Part shown: positions 23,729 through 32,345 of the stretch, in pieces
Layout: every line of letters starts with the position of its first letter
Numbering within the stretch: position 1 is the first letter of the stretch
Source: Acutalibacteraceae bacterium
Lineage (GTDB): Bacteria; Bacillota; Clostridia; Oscillospirales; Acutalibacteraceae
Length of the DNA stretch: 34,569 nucleotides
Direction: 5' to 3'
NCBI GenBank assembly: GCA_045119575.1
Contig: JBGVDX010000188.1
Span: forward strand, 1-34,569
The notes under the pieces: generated by a model
Seen by the model: only the letters and a program-made list of their open reading frames with translations
Databases searched by the model: none
Told to the model about the DNA's origin: nothing
Made by a program: the position numbers and the translations under genes

Positions 23729-24057
23729 TGAATGGCAGAGATAAGTTAATAGAACTAATAGAACAAGCAGAGGGATTAAAAAACAATGATTTTCCGTCTG
23801 TTGAGGAAATAGCCAATTATCTTTTAGCAAACGGTGTTATCGTAACGAAATATAAAGTTGGTGACAGGGTTTGGTATATCACGGGAATACACGGAACGAT
23901 TGTCAAACCGGCTATTGTGGACGAGATAATTATTAACTGCAATGGCGTTAGTGATTTGTTTGTTACAAGCGATACGGCAAGTTTTGAAAATTCTGTTGAT
24001 ATATTCTATCCAACCAAAGAGGAAGCAGAACGGGCACTTGCGGAAAGGAAAAAATAA
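23728..24057 (+). CDS. Hypothetical protein
   Basis: 109 aa with a TAATG overlap. Helical N-terminal part followed by a beta-rich region (KVGDRVWYI...). Confidence 0.55.
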   Translation: MNGRDKLIELIEQAEGLKNNDFPSVEEIANYLLANGVIVTKYKVGDRVWYITGIHGTIVKPAIVDEIIINCNGVSDLFVTSDTASFENSVDIFYPTKEEAERALAERKK

Positions 24058-24058
24058 A

Positions 24059-24292
24059 ATGAAAGCATATCCCAGTATGGTAAATAGAAAATGCAAATAT
24101 TTCAACAATCCCGAAGCCTGCCAAATGATACAAAAAGAATGTAATTGTTATCAATGCCCGATTGTTGAGTGGGAGCTAAACAAAAAAGATTTATCTCTAT
24201 TGCAAAACAAAATTTCTAAATTAGAAAAAGAAAATCACGATTTAAAGATTTTGTTGGCAGAAAAGGTATTAAAGGAGCGTGAGGGGAAATGA
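24059..24292 (+). CDS. Small Cys-rich plus coiled-coil protein
   Basis: ATG 24059 is the internal Met40 of the track ORF and lies right after the previous stop. C..C, CNC..C, then a leucine-zipper-like tail. Confidence 0.5.
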   Translation: MKAYPSMVNRKCKYFNNPEACQMIQKECNCYQCPIVEWELNKKDLSLLQNKISKLEKENHDLKILLAEKVLKEREGK

Positions 24293-24489
24293 TAGATATT
24301 TATGTTGATGATGTAAAATGCGAAAGCATAAACACTATAAAAGAAGGATATGTAATTCACTTTAAAAAAGGTAAAGGCGAAGAGTTATCTGTTGTGTTGA
24401 CCGAGGAAAACTTTGTTGACTTATATTTTCGAATGAAACGAAGATGCGAAACACAAGAGCTTATACCGATTTATAACGAGAGGCAATAA
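24289..24489 (+). CDS. Hypothetical protein
   Basis: 66 aa with an ATGA overlap. Confidence 0.5.
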   Translation: MIDIYVDDVKCESINTIKEGYVIHFKKGKGEELSVVLTEENFVDLYFRMKRRCETQELIPIYNERQ

Positions 24490-24491
24490 AG

Positions 24492-24797
24492 ATGAAGATA
24501 TATCTATATGTTTTAACGCTAACAACAGTTATTTTGTTTATATCACAAAATGTGAAAATTTCAGTAGAAAAAAAGCAAGATTTAAAGTTAGGAAACCACT
24601 TCAAACCTAAACAACACTTCTTTTTTGAAAAATGCTCAAAGTGTGGTAAAAGACTAAAACACTACCATTGGTTTTGGGGTAAAGGCGATTTTATGGGGTG
24701 TGAAGTTGATTACACAGGCAACACGAAGTGGTTTTGTGAAGATTGCGAAAACGAACTAAATAAAAATGTTTTACATTGCATTCCAAGAAAGAGGTGA
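24492..24797 (+). CDS. Membrane-anchored zinc-ribbon protein
   Basis: N-terminal TM helix (IYLYVLTLTTVILFI). CSKCGK ... CEDC Cys pairs. Confidence 0.5.
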   Translation: MKIYLYVLTLTTVILFISQNVKISVEKKQDLKLGNHFKPKQHFFFEKCSKCGKRLKHYHWFWGKGDFMGCEVDYTGNTKWFCEDCENELNKNVLHCIPRKR

Positions 24798-24802
24798 CCA
24801 AA

Positions 24803-24985
24803 ATGCCCGATAAAAAACTAACCGATAAAGAATGCGCCAAAAGAATGAAAGAAATTATAAAAGGCGCAGGCGATGAGGAAGTGTGGCACTGTGCGGCAGA
24901 CGATTTGCTTTGCGAAATATTAGAAAGTTTTGGATTTGTCGAAACAGTAAAGGCTTATGACGAAATTCCAAAATGGTACGCATAG
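24803..24985 (+). CDS. Hypothetical small protein
   Basis: AGAGGTGA RBS before ATG 24803. The N-terminus MPDKKLTDKE is shared with the next gene. Confidence 0.5.
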   Translation: MPDKKLTDKECAKRMKEIIKGAGDEEVWHCAADDLLCEILESFGFVETVKAYDEIPKWYA

Positions 24986-24997
24986 GGGGTGTTTTTG

Positions 24998-25489
24998 ATG
25001 AGTGATAAAAAACTAACAGATAGCGAGATTGTAAAGGCGTTGGAGTGTTGTATAGGTGATACGGATGGCAAAGATTGCTTTGGCTGTCCGCTGTATGAAA
25101 TTGATGATTGCCAAGCACACTTAAACCTTGCCGCTCTTGACCTAATCAACCGCCTACAAGCAGAGAATGAGAGGTTAAAAGAGGAAAAATCAAAACTCGA
25201 AAACAAAATTGATGAGATATATCCACTTGTTATGCAATTACCAAATGCTATGCAACAAGCCAAAGCCGAATCATACAAAGAGTGTATTGATAAAGTGAAA
25301 AATATAATCTGCGAAAATACATATCCTGACTTTGACAAAAACGGCAAGGCGGTAAACATTTGGAAATCACGGGCATACAAGGACATTGATAACCTCTTAA
25401 AAGAATTGGTGGGTGAAAACAATGAAACACGCTGTGTATCAGTTGAGTTATATCGACAAAATTTTCGAGTTGATTGCTCCAAAATATGA
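24998..25489 (+). CDS. Cys-rich N-domain plus coiled-coil protein
   Basis: GGGGG lies 8 nt before ATG 24998. KALECC...DCFGCP...C is followed by LINRLQAENERLKEEKSKLE. Confidence 0.55.
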   Translation: MSDKKLTDSEIVKALECCIGDTDGKDCFGCPLYEIDDCQAHLNLAALDLINRLQAENERLKEEKSKLENKIDEIYPLVMQLPNAMQQAKAESYKECIDKVKNIICENTYPDFDKNGKAVNIWKSRAYKDIDNLLKELVGENNETRCVSVELYRQNFRVDCSKI

Positions 25490-25613
25490 CGAAAACGGTC
25501 AATACATAAGCACAAAAAAGCGAATTGACTTGATAAAAGCAAGACAAATTCAATTAAGGCTTGATAGGTGTGTTTCGATGTTAAAGAAAGTAGCTGTTAG
25601 CAAACGTAAATGA
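25422..25613 (+). CDS. Hypothetical small basic protein
   Basis: GGTGGGTGA RBS before ATG 25422. Overlaps the end of the previous gene in another frame. Confidence 0.45.
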   Translation: MKHAVYQLSYIDKIFELIAPKYDENGQYISTKKRIDLIKARQIQLRLDRCVSMLKKVAVSKRK

Positions 25614-25652
25614 TATTTCAAGTATTAAACATAAAAAAGCGGGTGAATATCG

Positions 25653-26051
25653 GTGAGAGATTATCAGAAAAAACATAACGGGCAAAGAATGCCTCATTCC
25701 TTGTACCGAAAGGTATTAGCGATTGTTCGTGATTATGATAGGCAACAAGAAATTATAAAAGAAATATATTACGGTACCGTTAAAAACGAAGGTGGACGTT
25801 ATGGCTCCTTTGGCAGTCCTACTGAATCAAAAGCTATAAAAATTATGACAATAAAAAAAGAAACCGATGCTGTCGATGCCGCATTAAAAGCAATACCACC
25901 CGAATACCGAATCCCGATATTCGATAACATACGTTACGGCTACAAGCGTGAAGAATGGGTTATGAAGCAAGATGCAGCTCATCGTAACACATGGAGCAGT
26001 TGGCGAATGGAATTCCTGTGGAGAGTGGCAGAAAATCTTAGCTTAATTTAA
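25653..26051 (+). CDS. Putative late-gene transcriptional activator (RinA/ArpU-like)
   Basis: 132 aa in the last position before terS. The layout ...VRDYDRQQEIIKEI...SPTESKAIK...IPPEYR...HRNTWSSWRMEFLWRVAENL parallels my memory of RinA (DYPNY..., S.TE, final HTH-like helix). Confidence 0.5.
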   Translation: MRDYQKKHNGQRMPHSLYRKVLAIVRDYDRQQEIIKEIYYGTVKNEGGRYGSFGSPTESKAIKIMTIKKETDAVDAALKAIPPEYRIPIFDNIRYGYKREEWVMKQDAAHRNTWSSWRMEFLWRVAENLSLI

Positions 26052-26139
26052 AAAGATTGTGCACGCGGGAAAAAAATATGTGTTATAGTGACATCATGTC
26101 AGAGTGTAATAATAAGATAAATCTCCTTAAAATATCGAG

Positions 26140-26179
26140 TAAGAACATCATTCTTTTTTGAGTGGTGTTCTTATTCTTT
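26140..26179 (+). terminator. Rho-independent terminator between the late regulator and terS
   Basis: 14-bp stem, 26140-26153 pairing with 26160-26173 (two G.T pairs), TTTTTT loop, followed by TTCTTTG. Confidence 0.6.
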
Positions 26180-26266
26180 GGTACGCCGCAATTGGAATAG
26201 GCGGTAGTGGCAGCGAAGCTGTCGGGAAAAGGGCGGGTATATTTTTTTAAAAGGCGGTGATTAAGA

Positions 26267-26635
26267 GTGGCAGGTATAGACAATTTGATTTCTATTGGCG
26301 AGCGAACAATAGAAAAACAACGGGAAATTACTTCCGCCGGTGGCAAAGCGTCCGGCGAAGCAAGACGACGTAAAAAAGCATTAAGAGAGTCGATGGAAGC
26401 GCTGCTCGGATTACCGATAAGCGACATGAACGATTATAACGAATTAGCGCAGTATGGCTTTGATATGGAACAGGCGGATAATTCGGTTTTAGTTGTTCTT
26501 GGGTTATTTAAAGCAGCCAAAGGCGGTGACGTGGCGGCTCAGAAGGAGCTCCGGTCCTTAATTGGCGAAGGCGGAAACGAGACAACCGGTGTAAACCAGG
26601 TGATTATTCTCGGCGGTGATAAGGTTGCCGAATAG
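26267..26635 (+). CDS. terS: Putative terminase small subunit
   Basis: 122 aa directly upstream of and overlapping terL. The basic GGKASGEARRRKKALRE helix is typical of small TerS-like proteins in Firmicutes phages (memory-level). GTG start with GGCGGTGA RBS. Confidence 0.55.
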   Translation: MAGIDNLISIGERTIEKQREITSAGGKASGEARRRKKALRESMEALLGLPISDMNDYNELAQYGFDMEQADNSVLVVLGLFKAAKGGDVAAQKELRSLIGEGGNETTGVNQVIILGGDKVAE

Positions 26636-27980
26636 CGTTTATTTGCCTGATATTGTCGGTAAAGGTTACGGACATTTTTGGCGTTCGGAAAAGAGATACA
26701 GAGTATTGAAGGGCGGTAAGGGTAGCAAAAAGTCTACCACTACTGCTCTTAATATTATCTATCGGATGATGAAATATCCGCAAGCGAATACACTCGTTGT
26801 ACGTCAGGTAATGGATACTCACCGAACGTCAACATTCGCACAACTTAAATGGGCTATGACTAAACTAAAAGTTAATCATTTATGGAAATGCACAGTATCG
26901 CCAATGGAAATGACATATCTTCCATCAGGACAGAAAATACTCTTTCGAGGTTTCGACGACGTTCTGAAACTGGCGTCCACCACCGTTGATAAGGGTTATC
27001 TTTGCTGGGTATGGATTGAGGAAGCTTATGAAATACCGAGCGAGGATGATTTTGACAAGCTGGATTTATCTGTTCCGCGTGGTAGCGTACCGGAACCGCT
27101 TTTTAAACAGACAACGATTACATTTAACCCGTGGAATGAGCATCATTGGTTGAAAGCTCGGTTTTTTGATAAAGAGAACGTTGATGTGGACCGATATACA
27201 ACCAACTACGAATGCAACGAGTTTCTTGACGATACCGACCGAGCAATATTCGAGCGAATGAAGCGTGATAATCCTCGCAAATTCGCTGTTGCAGGACTCG
27301 GTGAATGGGGCGTAAGCGAAGGACTTGTGTTCGAGAACTGGGAAATTAAGCAATTTGACGTTAATAATATCGGCATTTTTGAGGATAAAGATGGCAACAA
27401 AACAGACGAACAATGGAAATATAGACATATTTTTGGTCTCGATTATGGCTACACAAACGACCCAACGGCATTTATCGCAGCTGCGGTAAATCCCATTGAT
27501 AAGGTTGCCTATATATACGACGAGCATTATCAAAGACGAATGCTTAATTCCGATATAGCCGAAATGATACGTAGTAAAGGTTTTGCAAAAGAGCGCATCA
27601 GAGCGGATAGCGCAGAGCCGAAATCAAACGATGACCTGCACCGAATGGGTATATCCAGGATAATGCCTGCGACCAAAGGCAAGGACAGCATAACAAACGG
27701 CATAGCGCAGATTCAGGAGTATAAACTGATTGTTCATCCCGGTTGCAAAAACGCGATAGCCGAATTATCAAGCTACTGTTACACGAAGGACAAGCTCGGC
27801 AATTCGACAAACAAGCCGTCAGACAGCGACAATCACTTAATGGATGCGCTTCGATATGCTTTTGAGGACATAAAACTATTCAGACCGCTAACGCCTGATG
27901 AAGAAAAGAAACGGTACAGAGCCGAACATTCGTCAACGCGAATTATGATGGCTGAGGATATGCAAGGAGGATGGAGTTAA
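26616..27980 (+). CDS. terL: Terminase large subunit (Terminase_3/PBSX-like)
   Basis: Walker A VLKGGKGSKKS. Walker B-like LCWVWIEEAYE. C-terminal RNaseH-like nuclease motifs (GLDYGYTNDPTA..., DSDNHLMDALRY). The exact start is uncertain (GTG 26616 or a downstream TTG). Confidence 0.9.
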   Translation: MIRLPNSVYLPDIVGKGYGHFWRSEKRYRVLKGGKGSKKSTTTALNIIYRMMKYPQANTLVVRQVMDTHRTSTFAQLKWAMTKLKVNHLWKCTVSPMEMTYLPSGQKILFRGFDDVLKLASTTVDKGYLCWVWIEEAYEIPSEDDFDKLDLSVPRGSVPEPLFKQTTITFNPWNEHHWLKARFFDKENVDVDRYTTNYECNEFLDDTDRAIFERMKRDNPRKFAVAGLGEWGVSEGLVFENWEIKQFDVNNIGIFEDKDGNKTDEQWKYRHIFGLDYGYTNDPTAFIAAAVNPIDKVAYIYDEHYQRRMLNSDIAEMIRSKGFAKERIRADSAEPKSNDDLHRMGISRIMPATKGKDSITNGIAQIQEYKLIVHPGCKNAIAELSSYCYTKDKLGNSTNKPSDSDNHLMDALRYAFEDIKLFRPLTPDEEKKRYRAEHSSTRIMMAEDMQGGWS

Positions 27981-28180
27981 TGGTATATTTGATTTTAAGT
28001 GTAATGGTCGCATTTGCAGCGTTTTTTATAGGATTTTTTATCGGTAAAACAAGCAACCGACAGAAAAAACAACCGAACACAATGAGCGACCTTGAAAAAA
28101 GGCAGCTTTTAAGAGCTCAAAAGGAATATGAAAATTTCCTTAACTACAACGGCGACGAACAGCCGGACATCATGATATAA
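27971..28180 (+). CDS. Small single-pass membrane protein
   Basis: GGAGGATGGAG region. One TM helix (VYLILSVMVAFAAFFIGFFIG) with a charged tail. Confidence 0.5.
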   Translation: MELMVYLILSVMVAFAAFFIGFFIGKTSNRQKKQPNTMSDLEKRQLLRAQKEYENFLNYNGDEQPDIMI

Positions 28181-28233
28181 GGCGTAAAGCTTTATAAATA
28201 TAATCTTTTCTCACCATGAAAGGAAGGTAAATT

Positions 28234-29070
28234 ATGGACACTATTGATATGGCGGCGATTCTCGAAGAAACCACACCGACAGACGCCGACACAACCACAG
28301 CACCCGACGATACAACAGCAGGCGGCGAGGACACCACACCGAACACAGAAGCTGCTGAATCAGACAATGCACAGACAGTTGAATCCGATGATGTAATCGA
28401 TGAAGCAACCGATGACGGCTCGATAGATGCGGACACCGGTGGCGCCGATGAGCCGACGTTGCTTATCAGGTTCAATCATGAGGACAGATATCTTACTATG
28501 GCAGAGGCCGCGACGTTATCGCAAAAAGGTCTTGCTTATGAGGATACTGTTTCGGCTGTCAGACAGCTTGCGGCAAGCAGAGGGCAGACGGTAAAAGAAT
28601 TTTTGTCTAAACTCTCCGAAGCGCAAGAAGCCGCTGACCTCGACCGATTGAAGCGCGACTGCGGTGGCAACGAAGAAGCCGCACGCCGCCTTTTAAGCGC
28701 TGAAAAAGAAAAGGTCGCAGGCGCAGTACAAAAAATGCTTGACGACGAGAAAGCCGAATCGGAGGCTGATATTCAGGCGGAACGCGAAAGAATCGTTACA
28801 CAGTTTAACGAGCTTCAGGAAATGTTCCCTGATGAAATCAAAGCCGTTAAGGATATTCCGAAAAAGGTTATTCAAATCGCAGGCGAAAAGAAAATCAGTT
28901 TAACTGATGCTTATTTAAGATTTAAACATCAAAACGCCACACGTGCTGCGCAGAATGCCGCACAAGCAAAGAAGGCGGCGACCGCTTCCGCAGGGACAAT
29001 GAAAACCGATACGGATAACGGTGCTGATTCCTCAATTTCGGCTATGATGCGTGGTATATGGGGGCATTAA
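28234..29070 (+). CDS. Putative scaffolding protein
   Basis: Very acidic D/T-rich N-terminus, then a long helical/coiled region. Sits immediately upstream of the major capsid gene. Confidence 0.65.
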   Translation: MDTIDMAAILEETTPTDADTTTAPDDTTAGGEDTTPNTEAAESDNAQTVESDDVIDEATDDGSIDADTGGADEPTLLIRFNHEDRYLTMAEAATLSQKGLAYEDTVSAVRQLAASRGQTVKEFLSKLSEAQEAADLDRLKRDCGGNEEAARRLLSAEKEKVAGAVQKMLDDEKAESEADIQAERERIVTQFNELQEMFPDEIKAVKDIPKKVIQIAGEKKISLTDAYLRFKHQNATRAAQNAAQAKKAATASAGTMKTDTDNGADSSISAMMRGIWGH

Positions 29071-29090
29071 AAAAATTGGAGGAAATTTAA

Positions 29091-29993
29091 ATGTCAATCA
29101 ACAATATTGCTTTTGCAACTAAATTCGCAACTGAACTTGATACGCTTCTCGTTCAGAAATCACAGGCAGCTATCCTTGAAGATAAGGGTATGGCTGCTAA
29201 ATTCGTTGGAGCTCATGAGGTTAAGCTCCCTGTCATCGGATTTGCAGGTCTCGGTGACTATGACAAGGAGACTGGATTCGCAAAGGGTGCCGTATCAGTA
29301 ACACAGCAGGTATTCACTCTCACACAGGATAGAGCACGTTCATTCTCTATCGACCGTGAGGATATGGACGAAACAGGTATTGCTAACCTTGCAGGTAGCG
29401 TAATGAGCGAATTTGTTCGCACAAAGGTGGCTCCCGAAGTAGATGCTTATACCTTCTCGACCATCGCTACAAAGGCAAACGGCGCAGGTCAGACAGTTGC
29501 TCTCGGTGATGGTGAAACTCTCGTAAAGAACGTTTATGGCCTTATCGCTAACGCTATCGGAAAGGTAAACGATGCAACGGGCTTTACCGGTGAGGATATT
29601 GTCCTTTACGTTAACCCGACTGTATATGCTGCTCTTATGGCAACTCCCGAAATTCACAGACACCTTCGTGTTGATGAATTTAAGCACGGCGAAATTTCAA
29701 CAAAGGTACAGAAGATTGATAATGCTGCCATCATTCCTGTATCTGACAATCGTATGAAGACTGCTTATAATTTCGGTAACGACGGATTCGAAGTTGCCGG
29801 CGGCGCTGAAAGCGTTGGTATTATAGCTATGCCGAAGAATGCTGCTATGCTTGTTAAGAAGACTGAGAAGATTCGTACCTTCTCACCTGACGTTAACCAG
29901 ACAGCAGACGCTTACAAGTTCGATTATCGTCTCTACTACGATGTACTCGTTAAGGATTCGATGAAGGGTACCATTTATACCTATACATACTAA
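29091..29993 (+). CDS. Major capsid protein (HK97 fold, P22-coat/SU10-like group)
   Basis: GGAGG RBS. ...KFVGAHEVKLPVIGFAGLGDYDKETGFAKGAVSVTQQVFTLTQDRARSFSIDREDMDETG... matches my memory of this capsid family. Followed by a strong terminator. Confidence 0.85.
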   Translation: MSINNIAFATKFATELDTLLVQKSQAAILEDKGMAAKFVGAHEVKLPVIGFAGLGDYDKETGFAKGAVSVTQQVFTLTQDRARSFSIDREDMDETGIANLAGSVMSEFVRTKVAPEVDAYTFSTIATKANGAGQTVALGDGETLVKNVYGLIANAIGKVNDATGFTGEDIVLYVNPTVYAALMATPEIHRHLRVDEFKHGEISTKVQKIDNAAIIPVSDNRMKTAYNFGNDGFEVAGGAESVGIIAMPKNAAMLVKKTEKIRTFSPDVNQTADAYKFDYRLYYDVLVKDSMKGTIYTYTY

Positions 29994-30003
29994 GCATAAT
30001 TCA

Positions 30004-30040
30004 GGGGGACGGGAAACCGTCCCCTTTAAAGTGTTTTTTT
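30004..30040 (+). terminator. Rho-independent terminator after the capsid gene
   Basis: GGGGACGG-GAAA-CCGTCCCC forms a perfect 8-bp GC-rich stem with a GNRA loop, followed by TTTAAAGTGTTTTTTT. Confidence 0.8.
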
Positions 30041-30115
30041 CTTAAATATTGGTGCAAGGTGAGTGAGAGACATTGCAGGAATATTTAAGCAAAGTAAATC
30101 AGGAGGTTTTGAAAG

Positions 30116-31999
30116 ATGAAAATTACCCCGAAAGAGATTTATTCGGAATATCAAAAAGCAAGAGAATATAAATCGCAAATTGGTGACAGAGGTATATATG
30201 AGCAGAACAAACGAAATGAGCGTTTCTTTGTCGGCGACCAATGGCACGGCGCAAAATGCGGTTCGGAACGTCCGCTTGTAAGATACAACATTATCAAGCG
30301 TATCGGCGATTATAAAAAAGCTATGATTGGCGCTTCACCGATAGCCATTATGTATAGTGCCGACGGTGTACCGAATACGTTGGGTATCGCCGACAAAATC
30401 AGCGAGGTAAAGAAAAGTATCGCTAATGGCGAATTTGCCGAATTTGACATGAATACAGGCGAAATTCCTGATGTTAATGAAATCAATCTCGTTATGTCGG
30501 CTCTCGGCGATTATGAAAGGACAACTGCCGAAAGACTTAAATACAATCAGCTTCTCGCAAAGGTGCTCGATAACGCTTATATCAGCGGCGAAAGCATTTT
30601 ATATACGTATTGGAATCCTGATATTAAAACAGGGCTTTATGCTGATGATGAAAGAAAGGTCGCAATTACCGGTGACATTGATTGTGATGTCCTCGATATA
30701 GAAAACGTCTATTACGGTGACGCTCAATGCGAGGAAATTCAAAATCAGCCGTTTATCATTATTTCGCAGAGAAAGAGTGTAGCTGAACTGAAACGCGAAG
30801 CAAAGCGCAACAGAATCGGCAACATAGATGATATTAAACCCGACAAAGATAACGGATATGAAGCCGGTGACCGCTCGGAGCTTGAACCTGACGAGAGCAA
30901 AAAGGCAACCGTCTTAACAAAGATGTGGAAGGAATACGACGATAACGGCAATTATACCATCAAGGCTATAAAGGTAACCGAAAATGTTGTTATCCGTAAA
31001 GAATGGGATTTGAACGTAAGATTATATCCGCTCGCTTCTTTCCGTTGGGATATTAGACGCAATTCAGCTTATGGCGAAAGCGAAATTACATATCTTATTC
31101 CAAATCAAATAGCTATTAACCGAATGATTACATCCAACGTTTGGGCGGTTATGATAAAAGGTATGCCGATTATGCTCGTTGACGGCGACGTAATTACGGG
31201 ACCCGTTACAAACGACCCCGGTCAGATTATTAAGTGTTACGGAAACACCGCAGGCGCCATCTCATACGTTAATCCGCCTAACTTTTCTCCCGCATTTAAT
31301 GAAAATATAGCGAGCTTGGTATCACAGACAATGATGCAGGCAGGAGCAAACGACGCCGCTCTCGGTAATATGAACCCCGACAATACATCGGCTATTATCG
31401 CGCTTCGTGAGGCGGCAACTATGCCGTTACAGATGCTCCAAAACAGATATTATCAGTTCTGTGAGGATGTAGCGAGAATTTGGGCGGATTTTTGGGTATC
31501 AATGTATGGCAAACGTTCCCTTAAAATAAGCGATGAAAACGGCACTTGGTATATGCCGTTTGACAGCGAACGATATAAGACTTTGTTAATATCGGTTAAG
31601 GTTGACGTTGGCGCTTCTACACTTTGGAGCGAAAGTCAGTCGGTGAGAACGCTTGATAACTTACTTGAAAGACAGATTATCGACGTTATCCAGTATCTTG
31701 ACAGATTACCTAAGGGCACCATTCCAAAGGTCGACGCGCTTATAAAGGAATTAAAAATAAGCGCCGCAATGCAACAAGAAGGTATGCCCGTTCAGGCAGG
31801 CGGCGGAAATATTCCCACGGCTCTCGATGAACAGCTCAACGATATGAGCGTTAAGGGGATATTAGATTCTCTGCCCAATGATAAAAGGGAATTGTTCATC
31901 AATTTGCCGAAAGAAGCGCAAATCAAAATGTTACAGCAAGGCTACACCGATGCAGGCATGATTGGAGGAATGGCAAATGACGGCGGCGCAGGTATTTAA
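30116..31999 (+). CDS. Portal protein (podovirus/P22-like type)
   Basis: 627 aa with AGGAGG RBS. The N-terminal NERFFVGDQWHG motif is characteristic of this portal group (memory-level). Confidence 0.8.
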   Translation: MKITPKEIYSEYQKAREYKSQIGDRGIYEQNKRNERFFVGDQWHGAKCGSERPLVRYNIIKRIGDYKKAMIGASPIAIMYSADGVPNTLGIADKISEVKKSIANGEFAEFDMNTGEIPDVNEINLVMSALGDYERTTAERLKYNQLLAKVLDNAYISGESILYTYWNPDIKTGLYADDERKVAITGDIDCDVLDIENVYYGDAQCEEIQNQPFIIISQRKSVAELKREAKRNRIGNIDDIKPDKDNGYEAGDRSELEPDESKKATVLTKMWKEYDDNGNYTIKAIKVTENVVIRKEWDLNVRLYPLASFRWDIRRNSAYGESEITYLIPNQIAINRMITSNVWAVMIKGMPIMLVDGDVITGPVTNDPGQIIKCYGNTAGAISYVNPPNFSPAFNENIASLVSQTMMQAGANDAALGNMNPDNTSAIIALREAATMPLQMLQNRYYQFCEDVARIWADFWVSMYGKRSLKISDENGTWYMPFDSERYKTLLISVKVDVGASTLWSESQSVRTLDNLLERQIIDVIQYLDRLPKGTIPKVDALIKELKISAAMQQEGMPVQAGGGNIPTALDEQLNDMSVKGILDSLPNDKRELFINLPKEAQIKMLQQGYTDAGMIGGMANDGGAGI

Positions 32000-32345
32000 T
32001 ATCGCGATGAATTTAATCGGATATAACGATATTAACGGCGAAATCAGCGGCGAAGCTGAAATAAAGAAAAACGCTCTTGTGAAAATTCAAATGATATACC
32101 AAGAGCTTTTCAGAGCAGAAGGACGAACCGAAGCTTTACCGATATTATCGTCAATGAATGACGAGCTTAAACTTAATGACGATACAGTTCGTGACGTTAT
32201 GCCGTATGGAGTTGCCATGCTTACCGCGCAAAGCGAAGGTGACGGAGATAATCAGGCGTTGATGGCGGCTCTTTATAACCAAAAGAAAGCGAGACTTACT
32301 CGAATGGAAAACGGGATAACCGATATATTCGGGGGTGACGTTTAA
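31977..32345 (+). CDS. Putative head-tail adaptor / connector protein
   Basis: GGAGGAA lies 6 nt before ATG 31977. 122 aa between the portal and the nozzle-like protein. The function is assigned by position only. Confidence 0.4.
   Translation: MTAAQVFNIAMNLIGYNDINGEISGEAEIKKNALVKIQMIYQELFRAEGRTEALPILSSMNDELKLNDDTVRDVMPYGVAMLTAQSEGDGDNQALMAALYNQKKARLTRMENGITDIFGGDV

Noticed and set aside
24955-25553. Minus-strand ORFs of 195 and 101 aa
   Set aside because: They are antisense to three well-coupled plus-strand genes, give low-complexity Ser/Phe-rich translations and have no RBS.
26083-26427. 114-aa minus-strand ORF overlapping terS
   Set aside because: It is antisense to the terS start and crosses the plus-strand terminator and regulatory gap. 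It has no RBS.
27066-27533. 155-aa minus-strand ORF inside terL, together with similar nested ORFs at 5275-5715, 6433-6935 and 18189-18557
   Set aside because: All are nested antisense to strongly supported CDSs and lack RBSs. They are typical shadow ORFs.
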